Positions 29,200 through 39,402 of a stretch of DNA of 64,000 nt are shown here, in pieces (positions within the stretch are counted from its first letter, which is position 1; each line of letters opens with the position of its first letter). The stretch is from IMG/VR virus record IMGVR_UViG_3300037067_018253. One strand, given 5' to 3'. The stretch is from a virus. Position numbers and translations under genes: made by a program. Below the pieces are notes generated by a model. The model was given only the letters and a program-made list of their open reading frames with translations. It was not told the origin of the DNA and did not search any database.

Positions 29200-29873
29200 T
29201 CGTAATCAAGCGCATTTCCAACCAGCCTGGTGAGAGTCACCTTGACACCAAAGCGGTTTGGCTCCAGCTCTACATTTTTAAGCGGCATAGATTGCGCGCC
29301 GATTAACGTAATCGTGTCTTTGAGTATGAAATTGCCGCCGGCTTTAATCCGGTAATATACTTTCAGCGCAATCGTTTCTGCCGCCGTATTATTAGTGAAA
29401 TCAATAAGAACCCTTAACGGCTCAAATACCCCAGCTGGGGCATTGTTGATATAAATATTTTGTTCTGTACCGTCTGTGGTTAAAGTGCCCCCGGTTTCAT
29501 TTAACACAAGGATAGAGGCAATCAAGTTGATCAGGTTGTTATATATATCAGTTAGCATGCCAGAGCTATTAGGGGAAGGTACGTTGACCTTGTATCTTAC
29601 GCCGGCTGGTACCTGTCCGCCCTTAAAGGCAGCGTCAACTGTTATTTCACCAGTGAGGTTATTAAATGCAGTAGCCGAATGAACATCGATTCTAGTCGGG
29701 TCATCGTAATATATTTCTATTGAGAAACCAACGAATGTATTAGCGCCATATCCAATTAAATTGGCATCAATAATACTCATTCCGCCAATGGCGCCAGCCA
29801 CAGTGGTTAAACCCTGGTATGCAACCGTGGAATGAAAAACGCTAACTAACTCATCTATAGGTGGTCTTTGCAT
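29175..29873 (-). CDS. structural-module hypothetical protein
   Basis: Operon context. Confidence 0.4.
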   Translation of the reverse strand: MQRPPIDELVSVFHSTVAYQGLTTVAGAIGGMSIIDANLIGYGANTFVGFSIEIYYDDPTRIDVHSATAFNNLTGEITVDAAFKGGQVPAGVRYKVNVPSPNSSGMLTDIYNNLINLIASILVLNETGGTLTTDGTEQNIYINNAPAGVFEPLRVLIDFTNNTAAETIALKVYYRIKAGGNFILKDTITLIGAQSMPLKNVELEPNRFGVKVTLTRLVGNALDYDWEVLLRS

Positions 29874-29878
29874 ATTTT

Positions 29879-30526
29879 CTAATTCCCCAGCGCACTTATA
29901 ACTTCAAGGTCAGTTATAGCCTGTGCAGCATCAAGATTTTCAATTCTTACCTTGGCATACATTGGCGCCGTGTCATAATGCCGTGTTTCCCTTAAAACAC
30001 CCCCAGCCGCAAATCCACAATCAAATGAATCCCAGTCATAATTATCATAGTCAGCGCCAGGTATCGAGTATACATCACCAAGATTCCACCTGTTGGTAGT
30101 ACCACCTAGCAGTGCCGCTACAGTCACGGTAGTCTCAGTATTCCCAGTGATAACGCCAGAACTGCCATCGGTAACATTCTGGATTGTCAAGCCGATTAAT
30201 TCATTGGCGACAAAATGTGCAGCTGCATCCGTCATAACGGTAAGGTTCATAGCGGCCGTATGTGTTCCGGCACTGGCGTTGGTGGTAGACGTTACCACGT
30301 GTACCCTTGCGCCCCGGGTGGCCGCAGCATTATATCTGCCCTTTATGGTCAATGTTAACGTGCGCTTACCTGCCTGCATGTTAATAGCAGTACAGTTAGC
30401 TAAAGTAGTAATGGCAGTAGCCGCAAGTGGGGTTAAATCAATTACCGTTGTTGCGGTTTTTACCCCGGGTATGCCACCGCCACCAAATACAGCCAGTAGT
30501 ACTCTGGTTAATACAGATTCCAACAT
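29879..30526 (-). CDS. Thr/Ala-rich beta-type structural protein
   Basis: Composition; operon context. Confidence 0.4.
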   Translation of the reverse strand: MLESVLTRVLLAVFGGGGIPGVKTATTVIDLTPLAATAITTLANCTAINMQAGKRTLTLTIKGRYNAAATRGARVHVVTSTTNASAGTHTAAMNLTVMTDAAAHFVANELIGLTIQNVTDGSSGVITGNTETTVTVAALLGGTTNRWNLGDVYSIPGADYDNYDWDSFDCGFAAGGVLRETRHYDTAPMYAKVRIENLDAAQAITDLEVISALGN

Positions 30527-30530
30527 AGCT

Positions 30531-30701
30531 TATTTATCCTTATCTTTTATCCACGGCCAAAAAATACCGAGTCCGCATGGCAGTGGAGGGCCACTCCACG
30601 GCGGCATGGGTATTAGCTTCTGTATACCCACGGGTTTTTCCGACTTGAATATATTAGCCACGACTTTTTCGGTGTCAACCACACCATATGGGGTTACTAT
30701 T
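30531..30701 (-). CDS. 56-aa protein ending in PPWSGPPLP...WPWIK motif (absent from the ORF track)
   Basis: Manual translation MSIIVTPYGVVDTEKVVANIFKSEKPVGIQKLIPMPPWSGPPLPCGLGIFWPWIKDK; C-terminus is paralogous to that of 40456..41250. Confidence 0.4.
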
Positions 30702-30722
30702 ATACTCATGGATGCACCAACC

Positions 30723-31409
30723 TTAATTGTATTTCTTTTTACCCCGACCTAATCGAGTGGTATCGTAAACATAATACTTTCTTCCGCAGGAATGGCACGT
30801 CACTATAGTAGTGATAACCGGCTCGATCTGCTTGTTATTACAGAACGGGCATATAGTCTCTTTATTATCTGGAAATGGCGGAGTGCCTATTGCTTCGAGT
30901 ATTGCTGCGTATGCGAAAGCACCCTCTAAGGCGCCGCCACCCCTATTTAACACCACTATATCTATGGTATGAGGTAAGGCTGCTGTGGGGTCCAGTGTCA
31001 AGGTGCTGTAAGTATAGACTGGATTGGAATATACATCACTGCCACTCTCAGTAATTCCAGGTATAGCGACAAGCAGGCCATCGAAATATAAAAATTGCTC
31101 ACAATCTTCCGATGAGTTCCAGTCTTTTTGCACCATAGTAAGTGCATATCCAGCTGGTATGTTATATGGCATTACAATACCAGTATCTTGTGCGTAAAGA
31201 TGCGCGTTTGCTCCTATGGCTAGTTGTGGTCGTACCCATGTAATCGGATATGGGAATGGAACAGAGTTTGTGAATAATATTCCAAACAGCACTAACTGCT
31301 GGTTGAATTTAAGACTAATACCAGACCTCATTTGGCCTAAACTTATTTCGCGCGTGTAGTCTGGCTTGCCAATTCCCCTGGTAGTTACAGTAATCGGTTG
31401 TTCAGCCAT
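30723..31409 (-). CDS. structural-module protein with C-terminal Zn-ribbon
   Basis: CPFCNNK...CHSCGRKYY. Confidence 0.4.
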   Translation of the reverse strand: MAEQPITVTTRGIGKPDYTREISLGQMRSGISLKFNQQLVLFGILFTNSVPFPYPITWVRPQLAIGANAHLYAQDTGIVMPYNIPAGYALTMVQKDWNSSEDCEQFLYFDGLLVAIPGITESGSDVYSNPVYTYSTLTLDPTAALPHTIDIVVLNRGGGALEGAFAYAAILEAIGTPPFPDNKETICPFCNNKQIEPVITTIVTCHSCGRKYYVYDTTRLGRGKKKYN

Positions 31410-31875
31410 TTATCTTACCTTCCAAGACGAAAGTTACTGCCAGGTAGTGGTTATTTACCGCATCCGCATTTCTGAATATGACCCAGAGCTCACCCCCAAG
31501 GCTTATTTCCTCTTCTACATTAACAACCGGCGTGGCATCATTAAGAGACACGTAAATATCTACCTCACTGGGTAACAGCCAGATATCCTGAGATAGAGTT
31601 TTGTGCCCGACGGCAATATCGGCCAGCCCATTTGTTCCATCCGGCCAATGGCGTATTATTTGCTTTATATGTCCCGCCAAAGGCGATGGTTTGGATAAAC
31701 GCATACCGGTTCCAGGTAGCATCACCCTTTGGAATATGACCTCTCTGCTTACAGTCATAAATACCCCCAATTCCTTTTTACCCCATATCCGGAGGGTCAT
31801 CCTCAAAGTGGTATATGAAACTAACAACGCAGTTAGCGTCAATCCCACCGCCGCGTACCACCTGAACAAGACCAA
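31402..31875 (-). CDS. structural-module hypothetical protein
   Basis: Operon context. Confidence 0.35.
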   Translation of the reverse strand: MVLFRWYAAVGLTLTALLVSYTTLRMTLRIWGKKELGVFMTVSREVIFQRVMLPGTGMRLSKPSPLAGHIKQIIRHWPDGTNGLADIAVGHKTLSQDIWLLPSEVDIYVSLNDATPVVNVEEEISLGGELWVIFRNADAVNNHYLAVTFVLEGKING

Positions 31876-32191
31876 CGAAGCTGATGTTTTTCATCCAGTC
31901 CATTGTGGACGGTGCCGTCCCCATGCCGATATTAAGCTGAAGGCGCGGGACAGTTTGCAGGACTGGCACCGCCACGCCGTTACTTACGGATGGGGTGAAC
32001 ACATCATTGAACACCAGCACTGCATCAGCAGCCCCATTCACGTTGTCAACGAAGATACTATCCGGGCGTATTTTGGCATTGCGCCTCTCGGTTACAAGTG
32101 TGCGAGTGGCAACCGCCATGGTTACTACAGAACTAGGCATTTTTAACAGCCTCCTGATATATTTATTGCTAAATTAATATTTTATTTAAAA

Positions 32192-32854
32192 TTACCAGCG
32201 CTCGTCGAGATAGTACTCGATTTTAAGAGAACGGGACCTCATTTCATCGGTTACCTTATCCGGGTCTATTACATTCATGTAGCATTTATTTATTGTCAGT
32301 CCCATGACCACCTTTTCAAAGTCCACGCCGTTGTCCACGAACAAGCGAAGAATAAAAGGCTCCATGTTATACACGGAGTAGAAGTAGAACCTTTTGTCAT
32401 AGTAGGGACTGTCCTGCCACTTTATTGCACCCAGGTATCGTAGCGTGGCGCTGGTTACATTAGGTACCATGTTTGCCTGCTCAAGACGGCTCACGTACTC
32501 ACCAGCCGGTATGTAGCGTATCGCAAGGAAATTACCGCGCTTGAAGCCGATCTGCGTCTGATAGAGGGTAATAGGATTCTGCGGATAAAGGTTTTCGTTA
32601 AAAGTGGATAAAAGATTACTGAAATCCACATCACGGAAGTCCCCGGACGGTATGATATAGGACAAATCATACGGGACCTGGTTTGTACGGCTAATCTGCG
32701 CGAATATTCCGCGAGTAGCGCCTTTTTTGTCTTGGTATGTGACGGATAGGTTACCCGGCCAGCTATCTGAAAACTGGACGTAATATCCTGGTTGTAACAG
32801 CGCGGGTACGCCCGGTGTTACAGTCGCCTGCGGCATGGCTTTTATTTGGAACAT
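32192..32854 (-). CDS. structural-module hypothetical protein
   Basis: Operon context. Confidence 0.4.
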   Translation of the reverse strand: MFQIKAMPQATVTPGVPALLQPGYYVQFSDSWPGNLSVTYQDKKGATRGIFAQISRTNQVPYDLSYIIPSGDFRDVDFSNLLSTFNENLYPQNPITLYQTQIGFKRGNFLAIRYIPAGEYVSRLEQANMVPNVTSATLRYLGAIKWQDSPYYDKRFYFYSVYNMEPFILRLFVDNGVDFEKVVMGLTINKCYMNVIDPDKVTDEMRSRSLKIEYYLDERW

Positions 32855-32938
32855 TGCTTAGAACCTCCTCAAGTTCTCTCTTCTCTCCTTAGAGAAAGTA
32901 TCTTTAAATGTCTTATGTATAAACTTATTCAGTTTTAA

Positions 32939-33724
32939 TTAACAAATTTTAATCGCATCTTCCAGTCCAGTGTTTTTAACATAGCTATCGACTTCCTCTT
33001 TGGTTAATATCCAGAGTAATTCAACGCCTTCATATTGCGCTATTTTAATTTCCTGCACCATGTTTTCTATCGCGAGCCACTCTACGGGACAAAGTATCCT
33101 GTATAATAGTGTAGGTAACCATCCCTTGCGTAATTGCTGCGGAAGATACTCACGTAGCAATCCTTTCAATGCCGCCGTCTGGTAGCCTATCTCTTTTACT
33201 ATTGGGTCACCGGATCCAATGTAATTACGCAATTGTTCCGTTTCACTTGGGTATGCCGGCCTAGGGCACTTACCCCCAGGTGGTCTGGTTATGCCCCAGG
33301 CACGACAAGTCACATCCCTCCATGGGTAAATCAGGCACTTGCCGGTTTCATCCACCAAGGGGCACCATAGCTTTCCTGTAATCTCGTACTCATTTTGGCG
33401 TAGTCGTGTTTCTATATCATTAGTATCATTGGAGAAATTCAGGCGAACCCCCGGTACATTAAACAGCAACCATTTCCTGAGCCGGTCCGTAATGAATCCT
33501 TGTCTTTCCGCCGGCAACACGGATTTTATATTAGCCGCCATGTACTGTGCCGAAATCTCCGTTATAACCAAGCTCTGGTGGCAACACTGCCCGCCACACT
33601 GCTCTACACAGACCGGACCGCCGAGTAAGTAGGATAGGGTGGTCTCGGCATAGTCCAGGTCTTTGTGTATAGAGTTAAGCAGGCTAAAGGCGCGCCCGAC
33701 TACTACGGCGCTATCCTCTGCCAC
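32939..33724 (-). CDS. Cys-rich UPF0153/YkgJ-like (FliB-type zinc/iron-chelating) protein
   Basis: CVEQCGGQCCHQ matches the CxxxCGxxCC signature of that family. Confidence 0.35.
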   Translation of the reverse strand: MAEDSAVVVGRAFSLLNSIHKDLDYAETTLSYLLGGPVCVEQCGGQCCHQSLVITEISAQYMAANIKSVLPAERQGFITDRLRKWLLFNVPGVRLNFSNDTNDIETRLRQNEYEITGKLWCPLVDETGKCLIYPWRDVTCRAWGITRPPGGKCPRPAYPSETEQLRNYIGSGDPIVKEIGYQTAALKGLLREYLPQQLRKGWLPTLLYRILCPVEWLAIENMVQEIKIAQYEGVELLWILTKEEVDSYVKNTGLEDAIKIC

Positions 33725-34163
33725 GGCTGATTATTACCGAAACGCTTATTTTCTTGCCGCCAGCGGCGACATCATAACAAGCTGCGCGTATGCCGGTCCC
33801 AGACGGGAAGTAAACCGGCGGCTCCAGTTTAACTGTCTCATGGAAATCGGCTGCAACCGTTGTATTGACGCACTGTGTGACTTGAGCCTCGATTGCAGCA
33901 GGCGCACCGCCGGCCACCTCGCGAGACAAGCAAACCCCGTAAGTAGCCGCAGCCGTATCCGGGCTGTTCATTACTATATGGGTTACCCATGCGTCGCTGG
34001 CATTCCCCACATCAGACAGAAGCTCAACCAGGTTGCCATAGGTAGCAGCGGCTCCACCCGTAAGCTGTTTACTGACAGCTCCAGCAGGAGCGAATGAAAT
34101 GGGCAACCCCTGTGCGGCTGGTTTGGGAACCAGGGTATTTACAATACTATTCCACCATGCCAT
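33711..34163 (-). CDS. Ala/Gly/Thr-rich beta-type structural protein
   Basis: Composition similar to 34245..34712. Confidence 0.35.
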   Translation of the reverse strand: MAWWNSIVNTLVPKPAAQGLPISFAPAGAVSKQLTGGAAATYGNLVELLSDVGNASDAWVTHIVMNSPDTAAATYGVCLSREVAGGAPAAIEAQVTQCVNTTVAADFHETVKLEPPVYFPSGTGIRAACYDVAAGGKKISVSVIISRGRG

Positions 34164-34244
34164 ATTAAAATTCCTCCTTGATTATTAAAAATATAAATAT
34201 GAAATCAATGGGCGGGAATTTCACCCGCCCCGGTTTATTCACTT

Positions 34245-34712
34245 TTAGGCAGGAGCAACTGAGGCAGCCGCGTCAAACGGGAACCACTTGAGGGTCCAGC
34301 GGACACGACCTGTTACCTGGCCCGCAACAGCGATAGCCATATCAATGGTACCAGCCTGCACTATCCAGAATACTGTTTGCGCCGGAATACCGCCGCCGGT
34401 TGCAGCCGGCAATAGTGCATCGGTCGGGATACCGGTAATGCCGAGTACATCACCAATCGCATAACTGGCGATATTAGTGCCCAGGCACATTGCCACAGTC
34501 GTACCCACGGTGGGATTAGCGTTCAGGCTGGTTACAGTGGCGTTGACATCACAAGCTGCCGTAAGTGTGCCGACTATGCTGGTCACACAAATCTTGCCAC
34601 CGGATACAGTGAAAAGACTCCCGGTAGCAGGTAACGCGGTAACCCTCTCGGTTGTCTGCCCATATATTCTCTTCCCGAGATAGAGGGATTGAAGCCATCT
34701 GAAATCAAGCAT
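34245..34712 (-). CDS. Ala/Gly/Thr-rich beta-type structural protein
   Basis: Composition. Confidence 0.35.
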   Translation of the reverse strand: MLDFRWLQSLYLGKRIYGQTTERVTALPATGSLFTVSGGKICVTSIVGTLTAACDVNATVTSLNANPTVGTTVAMCLGTNIASYAIGDVLGITGIPTDALLPAATGGGIPAQTVFWIVQAGTIDMAIAVAGQVTGRVRWTLKWFPFDAAASVAPA

Positions 34713-34846
34713 TTTCTCTAATACCTCCTTAATGTATTAGGTTAATCGACAGCACTATACAAGTATTTAAGTGCTGTTTACTCGGGCACCTATATTTCAT
34801 AAGTGCCCGGTGACATACATAGTTATATTATTTTTTCCGGATGCCG

Positions 34847-35680
34847 TTAGCTGGTTGCCAGAGCTCTCAGGTTGCCGCTGGTCTTAACCCACAGACCGAT
34901 AGGCTGGAGTTCGTCGGAACCATTGGTGTAATACCTTACACTGATAGAGGTATTCTCGCCGGGATAGACGAACAACGGCTGTTTTAGTTCCATGACCGGA
35001 TCTCCGAAAATATTGGTGGCCTTCTGGAAGTCCAGGTTCTGGATGTTGTAGGTTACGCCCAGATAGGTGACCTGAACGGCACTGGTAACAGGGGCGCCAG
35101 CCGGGTTGCTGAATCCCAGGATTGCGATTGCTTCGTTCAGGGAGCCAGCGGGCACACCGTTCATGGTAAGCGCGCCATGCAGGTTGGCACCAAGGGCATC
35201 CTGAGCGATGATAAACTGTAGGGTACTGGCGGCGGCTACTGCTCTAACCCACGAAGTCCTCAGTGTGGCTGAGTTAGCCTGGTCGGGGTCGCCGAACTGC
35301 TCTGAGCGGAACATAATAGCATCAAGCTGGTTGCCGGAACCAATCGAACCCTTGAAGCCGGAACGCGTCTGGTAATTGACCACCCTGATCAACTGTGAGA
35401 GACTCAGGATATTTTTGGCGAACAGGTTTTGAATCAAAGGATTCTCAAGCCGCAACGCCACGTCCAGTTCGTCGCAAAACGCCTTGAGGTCGCGGAAGCT
35501 GATCTGTCCCATGATATGGGTAGCTTCCTGCTGGTCCGGTCTCTTGGTAATAAGGTCCTGTTGCTCAATTATCTGGTCGGAATCCTGATACAGGGGCACC
35601 ATAGTCCCGCCGACCTGTATTCTGGTCATCTTGGCTGCCTCTACGCAGCTAATGGGGAGGATTAGATTATCGTAAGCCAT
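34847..35680 (-). CDS. putative major structural (capsid-like) protein
   Basis: 277 aa, first large gene after the intergenic terminator region near 36450-36700; no motif-level support. Confidence 0.3.
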   Translation of the reverse strand: MAYDNLILPISCVEAAKMTRIQVGGTMVPLYQDSDQIIEQQDLITKRPDQQEATHIMGQISFRDLKAFCDELDVALRLENPLIQNLFAKNILSLSQLIRVVNYQTRSGFKGSIGSGNQLDAIMFRSEQFGDPDQANSATLRTSWVRAVAAASTLQFIIAQDALGANLHGALTMNGVPAGSLNEAIAILGFSNPAGAPVTSAVQVTYLGVTYNIQNLDFQKATNIFGDPVMELKQPLFVYPGENTSISVRYYTNGSDELQPIGLWVKTSGNLRALATS

Positions 35681-35725
35681 GTCTTTTTATAGACCTCCTT
35701 AAAATATTTGCACCTTTAAAAACTT

Positions 35726-36046
35726 TTAGAATCCCCGGTGGGTAACGATCTGCTGTGTGACATTTCCAGCCGCCGGATTCGGCGCCGGGAAGTAAGTATT
35801 GCTATCCAGTCTGGCGCTGGTTTGCGCCGGGGTAGTTACCTGAAAGAAACTTGACAGAGGCTGCCCTGCGTCGGTGGGGGCGGGAGGTTCCAGTACTTTT
35901 GTCAGCCATTCAGGGTAATTCGGGCCAGCGGGAAGCATTCCAGCGAATTTAGCCATGCCCTCGGATAGCTTGGGAAGTTTGAACTTGTTTTCTATGGCAG
36001 CCGGTATACGGGTATTAGTAGTGAGTATCTGTGGAAGTGTAGCCAT
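35726..36046 (-). CDS. hypothetical protein
   Basis: ORF. Confidence 0.35.
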   Translation of the reverse strand: MATLPQILTTNTRIPAAIENKFKLPKLSEGMAKFAGMLPAGPNYPEWLTKVLEPPAPTDAGQPLSSFFQVTTPAQTSARLDSNTYFPAPNPAAGNVTQQIVTHRGF

Positions 36047-36089
36047 GTTTTTTATTTCCTCCTCCTTAATAATAAGAAGCCTTCTCTAT

Positions 36090-36422
36090 TTATTTCTTGC
36101 CGAAGGGCATTTTAATGCCGCCGGCTATCTGGTCAATGGGGTGTTGCAGCGCGTTATTGATGCCATGTCCTACGTCCTGGAGGCTGCCGATGATGCCGTT
36201 ATCGATGAAATTTTCAGTACCATTTTTTACTCCATCCGCGGCGCGGTCTACAATATGGAGCGGTCCCTGCTTTTTAGTGATGGCGTAGAAGGGTTTATCA
36301 AGACCATTCACTACCGTTTTGCCCACTCCCTGAAAGGCTCCGAGTACACCATTGACGGCACCCTTTACACCGTTAGCCAGTCCATCGAGAACACCATTGA
36401 CAACATTGTTAGGGGATTCCAT
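36090..36422 (-). CDS. repetitive Gly/Asn/Val-rich small protein
   Basis: Degenerate repeats VNGVLDGLANGVKGAVNGVLGAFQGVGKTVVNGL. Confidence 0.4.
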   Translation of the reverse strand: MESPNNVVNGVLDGLANGVKGAVNGVLGAFQGVGKTVVNGLDKPFYAITKKQGPLHIVDRAADGVKNGTENFIDNGIIGSLQDVGHGINNALQHPIDQIAGGIKMPFGKK

Positions 36423-36444
36423 ATACTGACGACCTCCTTAATTT

Positions 36445-36600
36445 AGTTGGGTAACGGCCCTAATAAAAAGGAAAGGGGGTAACCTGACCTTCTTAAGGCC
36501 GTTACCCCCTTTCAGTTCTGACTGTCCAGAACCCCGGTTTATAAGCAAAAAGGCTGGTAAGCCCGGATTTGCCTATTCCGGAGTTCTTACCAGCCTTGTA
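36445..36600. terminator. compound GC-rich stem-loops in the intergenic region (terminator-like)
   Basis: gggtaacggcc...ggccgttaccc (11 bp) and aaggctggtaag...cttaccagcctt (12 bp) with nested ccgg hairpin. Confidence 0.35.
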
Positions 36601-36696
36601 AGGTCTCTACCCGTCGGCTTCAACCTACTGTTATAATAGTCTAATATTATTTTCAACTTTTTGTCAATAGTTTTTGGGATATTATTCTAATTTAAT

Positions 36697-37335
36697 TCAA
36701 AATATTAATGGAGGTGGAGGTGGAAGTACCACCCTTGGCCTTGCCCTGATAGTAGCGTTGCCATCACCAAGCAGGACTATGTGCGCCGCATCAAATTCAA
36801 GGCAAGCCCGAGATAACTCAAAATCACTGTTCGCCGCATTTTTAAGTAATCCGTTCTTTTGAATTAAATAGCTTTCATAAATAGTTCTGCCGTCAAGCAG
36901 GTTATTTAATCCGTCCACTATTGGCTGTAGCGCTTCTCTGGTATATTTATCGTTCCACGGGTCTGGCCAGTTATCGCTGCAAACGATCCAATTTAAATCG
37001 TCATCGAATCCAATGACTGCCTTAGCACCTTGCTTTACTAATTCAGGGCCAAGTTCTTTGCCACAGTTACAGCTTATTAATTCGATAACCTTATCATTCA
37101 CCTGGTTGCGGTCTATGCCGCCAACTTTCCAAATTCCCTTTAATTCATCCGGGTCGCCATGGCCAGTTGCAACTATCAAGTCTGATTGTGGTGCGGTAAA
37201 ACCAAACATGAATTTTCTTGCCATAGGACCATAAAGCTGAAATGGCTCTACACGCGCACCTATCCCGCGTAAGACCATTCCAGAGCTAAAGTGGCTCGGT
37301 ATATCCGTTGAGGGGAGCAGGAGAGTACAGGTCAC
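36697..37335 (-). CDS. possible caspase-like (His-Gly / Cys dyad) peptidase
   Basis: ATGHGDPDELKG and ISCNCGKEL resemble caspase/CHAT HG and xSCxG blocks. Confidence 0.3.
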   Translation of the reverse strand: MTCTLLLPSTDIPSHFSSGMVLRGIGARVEPFQLYGPMARKFMFGFTAPQSDLIVATGHGDPDELKGIWKVGGIDRNQVNDKVIELISCNCGKELGPELVKQGAKAVIGFDDDLNWIVCSDNWPDPWNDKYTREALQPIVDGLNNLLDGRTIYESYLIQKNGLLKNAANSDFELSRACLEFDAAHIVLLGDGNATIRARPRVVLPPPPPLIF

Positions 37336-37571
37336 TACTTTCCGCTTACCATCTTTTTGATGCGGTCAAACACACTGGGGTTCTTAACCATCTCGTTGCC
37401 GAGGTTGCCCAGGTTTACTGCGGTAACGCCATTGGCCTGCATAGTCACCAGATGGTTATTGTTAGCTCTATTACTATTAATATACTCCTGTACGGCCCTC
37501 GATGCCTCCGCTTTTTCAGCAGACGTATTCGCTGTTGTAACCATTCTCCTTACTTCATCCCATGTATACAT
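37335..37571 (-). CDS. hypothetical small protein
   Basis: ORF. Confidence 0.35.
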   Translation of the reverse strand: MYTWDEVRRMVTTANTSAEKAEASRAVQEYINSNRANNNHLVTMQANGVTAVNLGNLGNEMVKNPSVFDRIKKMVSGK

Positions 37572-37583
37572 ATCGGCCTCCTT

Positions 37584-39389
37584 CTATTCCACTCTCACTA
37601 GGTGGTCGGTCCAGAATTGGTAACTACACCCGGGTTGCAATAATGCCCCTGGTGCCGTAAACTGGCCAAGGTATTCTTCGCCATTAGCGCCACCATAGAA
37701 GTTTATAGCGAATATATCCCCGAAATACCCATTGGCATTAAGTTTACTGGCTGGCCCCTGATATACCCATGGGTTGGGGACTTTAATTGTATATGCTGGT
37801 GCAATAGCACTAGGGATAAAATAAGGGTACCAGTAAGTCACTCCAGGTGGTACTGAACCAATGAAAACGCCCAGGCTAACACCAGCAGTTTTGGTTTGGA
37901 ATGAAACCGTTACGCCACTAGATATAATCTCATTCATCAGCTTCTCAGTGGTCGAGTGAATGGCTTTATTGGCCGAGGCCACAGCGCGGAACTGGCATGA
38001 TTTATCAGGAGATAGTCCGGTTATAATAACCTGAAATTGCTGCGGTTCATATAGTAACTGCGATGCCGTTTTATTCCACATCTGTGAATCCGCCTGCTTC
38101 CACTCAAAGTAACAGGATGGATATGAATACACGCCGCCCGCCGCCCATCCCATAGCATCTAGTTTTCCCCTTAACTCAGCGCTTACACCGGTTATATTAC
38201 CGGCTGGCAATGTTATCACGGTCGGTAAAACCACATCCTCCGGTTCAAATATAGGTATCCCTCCGCCTCCGCCACCAGCCCCGCTGATGGTAATTACATT
38301 GGCTACTACCGGACTAACCACATTAACCCCATCTACTATCTTGGCATAGACAGAGTAAGTCCCGGGGTCAACCGCAGATGTAATTGGTATAGTTATAGTG
38401 GACGTTCTTTGTGTCCATGTGCTGGATGCTTCGTTATTCATCCCCACCTTTCTACTTAGAACCTCGTCGAAGCCAAAAATACCACTGTTACCGATAGCAG
38501 CGTACAGGCTTTGCCCGGTTGAAGTAGGTCCCATGTATTCATATCTAACCGTGATATTCAGATTCCCGCCAACGGCCACATTGCCAGTTTGCCCAATCAC
38601 GGATAGATTCCTATACTGCGGATTACCAGATGGCGTTCCTCCGCCTCCGCCACCAGCCCCGCTGATGGTAAAAATATCATCATCCTGCCTGCTGGCAACC
38701 TTCTCGCTGTTTACCCATGCCTCCACCCCGACATCATACCTATCCTTAATAGCCCCGGTCGTATCATGTTCAACCACGGCATTTATAGTCTGGTCCGTGT
38801 TGACCCTGATTGTCTTTGAGTAGCTTTTTATAAGGTCACCGGCCCCAGGTAATATCGAGCCTTCATACACGCCCACCTTAACAGTAACATCAACCGGTGA
38901 TCCTGTATTTGTAATCGGGGTAGTGATAGTTGTTTTCTGTCCAGCTGTAACTGAACTTGGACTTGCGTATGGAGCTGCCAGTTTAATGCCACCCCCGCCA
39001 GATGGTAATGATGCGCCTGCAACCGTCATGGTTTTTATCTCGCTTGCAACCGGTGGAAATGGAGGTAGCACCACTGACCCAACTGGAATAGATGGACCGA
39101 TATATACCCTCGGTATCACCTTATAATCCCCGGTACGGCTAAACCCCTGGTCATAGGTCACATTGAATTTACCCCCGATTACAGTAGACAGTTCGCGTAC
39201 CTCGGGACTACCGAGCAATGGTATTATTTCCTCCCATAACGACTGGGGATATTCCACGGTCACGATTAGCCATACTGGAAGCAAGAAGGACAATCCGAAC
39301 AAGTCTATCTCACCGGATATGGCTACTGGTTGGTCCGGACGCGGTGTTTCCGGTGTTATCTTTAGGTTCTTAATTTCAAATAAAGCCAT
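37584..39389 (-). CDS. large beta-rich (Ig-like) structural protein with duplicated GAGGGGGG module
   Basis: Internal repeat ISGAGGGGGG occurs twice; roughly 40-nt nucleotide repeats at about 38263 and 38638. Confidence 0.45.
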   Translation of the reverse strand: MALFEIKNLKITPETPRPDQPVAISGEIDLFGLSFLLPVWLIVTVEYPQSLWEEIIPLLGSPEVRELSTVIGGKFNVTYDQGFSRTGDYKVIPRVYIGPSIPVGSVVLPPFPPVASEIKTMTVAGASLPSGGGGIKLAAPYASPSSVTAGQKTTITTPITNTGSPVDVTVKVGVYEGSILPGAGDLIKSYSKTIRVNTDQTINAVVEHDTTGAIKDRYDVGVEAWVNSEKVASRQDDDIFTISGAGGGGGGTPSGNPQYRNLSVIGQTGNVAVGGNLNITVRYEYMGPTSTGQSLYAAIGNSGIFGFDEVLSRKVGMNNEASSTWTQRTSTITIPITSAVDPGTYSVYAKIVDGVNVVSPVVANVITISGAGGGGGGIPIFEPEDVVLPTVITLPAGNITGVSAELRGKLDAMGWAAGGVYSYPSCYFEWKQADSQMWNKTASQLLYEPQQFQVIITGLSPDKSCQFRAVASANKAIHSTTEKLMNEIISSGVTVSFQTKTAGVSLGVFIGSVPPGVTYWYPYFIPSAIAPAYTIKVPNPWVYQGPASKLNANGYFGDIFAINFYGGANGEEYLGQFTAPGALLQPGCSYQFWTDHLVRVE

Positions 39390-39402
39390 TATTCATCCCT
39401 CC

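Noticed and set aside
36629-36667. Candidate minus-strand sigma-A promoter (TTGACA ... TATTAT) upstream of 36090..36422
   Set aside because: The hexamers are good but the spacer is 23 nt (TTGACA-N23-TATTAT). The alternatives with a 17-18 nt spacer have poor -10 boxes.
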